Made by a program: the position numbers and the translations under genes. Shown piece by piece: positions 60,326 to 64,000 of a stretch of DNA of 64,000 bases (its first letter is position 1; every line of letters begins with the position of its first letter). The notes below the pieces were generated by a model that did no database searches, had not been told where the DNA came from, and saw nothing but the letters and a program-made list of their open reading frames with translations. The DNA comes from Somniosus microcephalus (lineage: Eukaryota). The stretch is from NCBI GenBank assembly GCA_052327205.1, contig CM126224.1, positions 18,352,001 through 18,416,000 on the forward strand, read 5' to 3'.

Positions 60326-61219
60326 GTCAGCCATGGCTCAGTGGGTAGCAGGCTCGCCTCCGAGTCAAAAGGTTGTGGGTTCAAGTCCCAGTTCAGAGAC
60401 TTGAGCACAAAAATCTAGGCTGACACTCAAGTGCAGTGCTGAGGGAGTGCTTCACTGTTGGAGGTGCTGTCTCTCAGATGAAATGTTAAACCGAGGTCCC
60501 GTCTGCCCTCTCAGGTAGACGTAAAAGATCCCATGGCACTATTTCGAAGAGCAGCAGGGGAGTTATCCCCGGTGTCCTGGCCAATATTTATCCCTCAATC
60601 AACATCACTAAAAAAAACCCAGATCATTATCACATTGCTGTTTGTGGGAGCTTGCTGTGTGCAAATTAGAATCATAGAATGGTTACAGCACGGAAGGCGG
60701 CCATTCAGCCTATTGAGCCCGTGCCGGCTCTCTGCAAGAGCACTTCAGCTAGTCCCACTCCCCTGCCCTTTCCCTGTAGCCCTGCAAATTTTTTTCCTTC
60801 AGGTACTTATCCAATTCCCTTTTGAAAGCCACAATTGAGTCTGCCTCCACCACCCTTTCAGGCATTGCATTCCAGATTCTAACCACTCGCTGATTAACAA
60901 AGTTTTTTCTTACATCGCCTTTGGTTCTTTTGCCAATCACCTTAAATCTGTGTCCTCTAGTTCTTGATACTTCTGCCAATGGGAACAGTTTCTCTCTATC
61001 TACTCTGTCCAGACCCCTCATGATTTTGAACACCTCTATCAAATCTCCTCTCAATCTTCTCTGCTCTAAGGAGAACAACCCCAGCTTCTCCAGTCTACCC
61101 ACATAACTAAATTGACTGCAGCGTGTCCTACATTTCAAAAAGTACTTCATTGGCTATAAAATGCTTTGGGACGTCCTGAGGTTGTGAAAGGAGCTATATA
61201 AATGCAAGTCTTTCTTTTT
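60326..61219 (+). mobile_element. SacSINE1/DeuSINE-like SINE interrupted by a CR1 insertion
   Basis: Head gtcagccatggctcagtgggtagc...ggttcaagtccc; Deu domain cagatgaaatgttaaaccgaggtcccgtctgccc...aaagatcccatggcactatttcgaagag; the tail resumes at 61114 and ends ctatataaatgcaagtctttcttttt. Confidence 0.92.
60668..61108 (-). mobile_element. 5'-truncated CR1 nested in the SINE
   Basis: Minus ORF SYVGRLEKLGLFSLEQRRLRGDLIEVFKIMRGLDRVDREKLFP... plus tail; AAATT on both flanks. Confidence 0.93.
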
Positions 61220-61999
61220 CAAAGCTTTTGAAGCTAGTTAGTAATTAGCCATTTGACTCAGGTGATCCCATCAGATATATTATTGAATATTTATTCCACT
61301 TGTATAATTCACTTATGCATCAAGTAGTCTTCGTCACCGACAGAGTAAATACATTGTGAAGAATCCAAGAAAGCATGAAGTAAGGAAAGGCCTTTAGGCC
61401 CAACAGTCGCTTCTTTTATAGTCCAGGGATAAACTGTGCCATCATGGATTTGACTTAATAGATTTAAGGGCAAATTCATCGACTGAGCAAGACTTCCTAC
61501 TGGGAGTGCACAAAGGTTTGGAGAATTGGCACTACAGTGTTGTGGCCCTATCTATGACCTGTACTCCCTCCAAGCTGGGAGTGCAAGATTGGTGAACTTT
61601 GAACTTAAATCTCCTAAGCAGAAGTTCTGCAATTTGTTTTGCCTGACTTCAAAAGTACACTTATTTGTATGAAATCTCTGGAATATGACGCTAACCTCGC
61701 AACGTATTATTTAACTGTGGCCTGTTGTTTTCCAGAGCCGTATTCCACAAGTCCAGCAGTACAGGAATATCATTGTGTATGAAATATTTGAGCATCTCTT
61801 TTCCTTATTTCTATAACTTTCAATCCCACACCCAACTACACACTCATTCAGCCTTTTTTGGGTTTTTTTTCCTCTACAAAAAGCAAGTTAATCACTATGT
61901 AATTAACTGCTTTTGTTGGGAGACTGCTCCACATATCCACTACTCCGCAGGGCTGGTGGGGGGGGGGGGGGGGGTGGTGTTGGGTGAAGAGAATCTTCT

Positions 62000-62290
62000 A
62001 ACTTCCACTTGAAGCTTCTTAATTTTGTATTGTGTCCTCCAGTTCGTTACTTGCCGTCCAAATTGCGACCTGGTTGCAGTTACATTATCAATGTTCCTCA
62101 GCATTTTGAAGACGTGGTTCATGTCTGTCTCATCAATCATCTTTTCTCCAATGAAAATAAATTGAGTGCTAAGAGCTTGTCTTCATGTCTTAAGAGTCCC
62201 TAGTTCTCGAATCATCCCTATTGCTCTTTTCCAATGCATCAATACCCTTTAGAAGGCAGGGTGTCCAAAATGACATGCATATGAGAACAT
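62000..62290 (-). mobile_element. Very old CR1 fragment
   Basis: Minus translation EKMIDETDMNHVFKMLRNIDNV parallels CR1 EKRRLRGDLIEVFKIMRGLDRV. The adjacent ttttccaatgcatcaatacc..gtgtccaaaatgac is CR1-like. Confidence 0.55.
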
Positions 62291-63737
62291 ACAAGGAATT
62301 TAGCAAATAAGCAAAAATCAGTGGAGGAAGGAAGCTTGTATTAGTATTGCTCTCAAATGGAGCAATCTGATGAACAATATTTTTGTACTGAATGTAAAAC
62401 TCTACTTGGGAATCCTAATTAGTGGCGATTGATATGGTTTCCTTAAACAATGACATTTTAATACTGTATTATTATAGATTCACAATGATAAATAAATCCA
62501 GAAAATTTAGTTTGTGGCACCAGGCTACAGTACACAAGAAGCTAAACTGAAAGAAATGGTGAGTTAGACAATTAAGAGGCAATTGTTAAAAAGTTTCTTA
62601 AATGTGCTTCTCTCCTCCCAAGTATTTGGAGGATTGTGTCAATAATACTGTTTCCATGAAAAACATGTCCCAGATGACAAGGAAAGAATGGGAGCAGTAA
62701 CAAGTAGACAAAAAACACAATTATATGAATGGAGTAGGATTTGCTTATCGGAAAATGCAACTCCAAGGGCAAGTACTTGAAGTACTTACCCCTAGATGTG
62801 CTCCTGGTATTACTATGATTTCCCTACAAATTGGTTTTTAAAATAATCGGCTTTTAATTGCCCCTCTGTAGAGTCCTGAAGGTAAGCCATTTGCTGTGGG
62901 AAAACAATGAAGCGAACGTAATCGAGTGATGTCAGCCAAAGAGATACCCGCCGAGCACGCCTGTGTGTTCAGTCTGTTTCTTTCTCCATCCTGGCGACAG
63001 AGTAATTTTGTTTTTGAAAAAAGATTTTAAAAATGCCAAAGGAGTAGGAGAAAGTGGATTTGTGCTCACAAATCCTCATTCGCTGAGCTTCTAGTCACAG
63101 CTGTTCCATATGTGGGAGTACAGGGCAGAGGACAGGTACTTCCACACGGTCAGGATTGGAAATAGAGCAGGAGTCAGCCCAGGCAGCTCTCATGTAGTGC
63201 ATTACAGAGCGGTTTTGGCAGAAGTCACCTACCAGCCTGCCTACCCGCCCACCATTTTGTGGGCCAATGGAGTATGGTGCGTACTGGAAAAAATGTGTAC
63301 TTATCATTCAAAAGTACCTACACTCTTTACTTTAAAGCTTATGTTTGGTGTTGGAACACTAACACCTATCCTAATAGCATGGCAGTACAGCAGGTTGGTG
63401 TACCAAGATGTGCAGTATAACCTTCATTCAAAGAATGATGACTAAAGTTAAGTACTAAAGATTTTCAGGTTACCTACAGCCAAGCAATCTATCACTTTTC
63501 TTCATTTGTTTGTCCTTGACACACCATGGTTAACTCTCTCACAGTGGTACCTCACAGAGGGAGAACTTATCTGCCTGGGATTCATGGCAGGGCTCAGCAC
63601 AGCTACATTGACCTGCAGGTCTTACTTTAGCAATTAGATTGGGCAGTAACGTTTGGTGAAGGCACAGATTAGTCCGAGCTGTTCTCTTTTCGAAACGCCA
63701 CCTGTCTGAAGCTTACCCATTAGTAGCTCCTGCACAA

Positions 63738-63940
63738 CTAGACGTAGAGGAGATGGTTTCACTCGTGGGGAGACCAAAACAAGGGCCATAAATATAAGAT
63801 AGTCACTAATAAATCTAATAGGAAATTCAGGAGAAACTTCTTTACCCAAAGAGTGGTTAGAATGTGGAACTTGCTACCAGAAGGAGTAGTTGAGGCGAAT
63901 TGCATAGATGCATTTAAGGGGAGGCTAGATAAGCACATGA
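63738..63940 (+). mobile_element. CR1 ORF2 C-terminal fragment
   Basis: caggagaaacttctttacccaaagagtggttagaatgtggaac = RRNFFTQRVVRMWN; ...AFKGRLDKHM. Confidence 0.85.
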
Positions 63941-64000
63941 AGGTCAGAAGTGGGATGTTCGCTGATGACTGCACATTGTTCAGTTCCATTCACAATTCCT
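63941..64000 (+). mobile_element. Start of a second LINE RT fragment inserted into or fused with the preceding CR1
   Basis: aggtcagaagtgggatgttcgctgatgactgcacattgttc contains the RT catalytic motif MFADDCTLF, out of order relative to the preceding C-terminal segment. Confidence 0.6.

Noticed and set aside
60326-60400. tRNA genes (also 15350-15430, 43310-43383, 45305-45375)
   Set aside because: The A/B-box heads continue into SINE bodies and lack a complete cloverleaf and terminator.
61940-62140. Possible next upstream ddx31 exon (MIDETDMNHVFKML...GRQ|gtaac, phase 0)
   Set aside because: Poor purine-rich acceptor, and the peptide aligns better with the decayed CR1 RGDLIEVFKIMRGLD region; flanking DNA is CR1-like.

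Overview
This is vertebrate nuclear DNA, almost certainly from a cartilaginous fish, inferred from HE1/V-SINE, SacSINE1/DeuSINE, LF-SINE-like and HER1-type CR1 repeats. It contains the complete three-exon homeobox gene barhl1 (+ strand; CDS join 6282..6732,11174..11396,16772..17063; 321 aa). Facing it tail-to-tail are the last three coding exons of the DEAD-box helicase ddx31 (- strand; 53938..54046, 47768..47951, 25530..25680), matching the known vertebrate BARHL1-DDX31 synteny. About 4.5-24 kb is CpG-retaining and almost free of transposons. About 24-64 kb (ddx31 3'UTR and large introns) is rich in CR1/L2 LINE fragments, SINEs, Tc1/pogo (Tigger-like) MITEs and fold-back MITEs, interleaved with stretches that look like conserved non-coding elements. 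There are three GC-rich minisatellites (24, 33/32 and 29 bp units). I found no new protein-coding system, CRISPR array or genuine RNA gene. The most notable unannotated signals are: (i) four same-orientation short elements with Helitron-type 3' ends (hairpin + CTAG|T), two of them head-to-tail; (ii) a 29-bp satellite expanding inside a MITE whose unexpanded sibling lies 5 kb away; (iii) a 33-bp array upstream of barhl1 in which many units carry a CTCF-like motif; (iv) an RE1/NRSE and a tiny uORF just upstream of the barhl1 start, and an Atoh1-type E-box cluster 3' of the gene; (v) inverted MITE and CR1 pairs and long hairpins within the ddx31 pre-mRNA. All family assignments come from motif recognition by eye, not from database searches.
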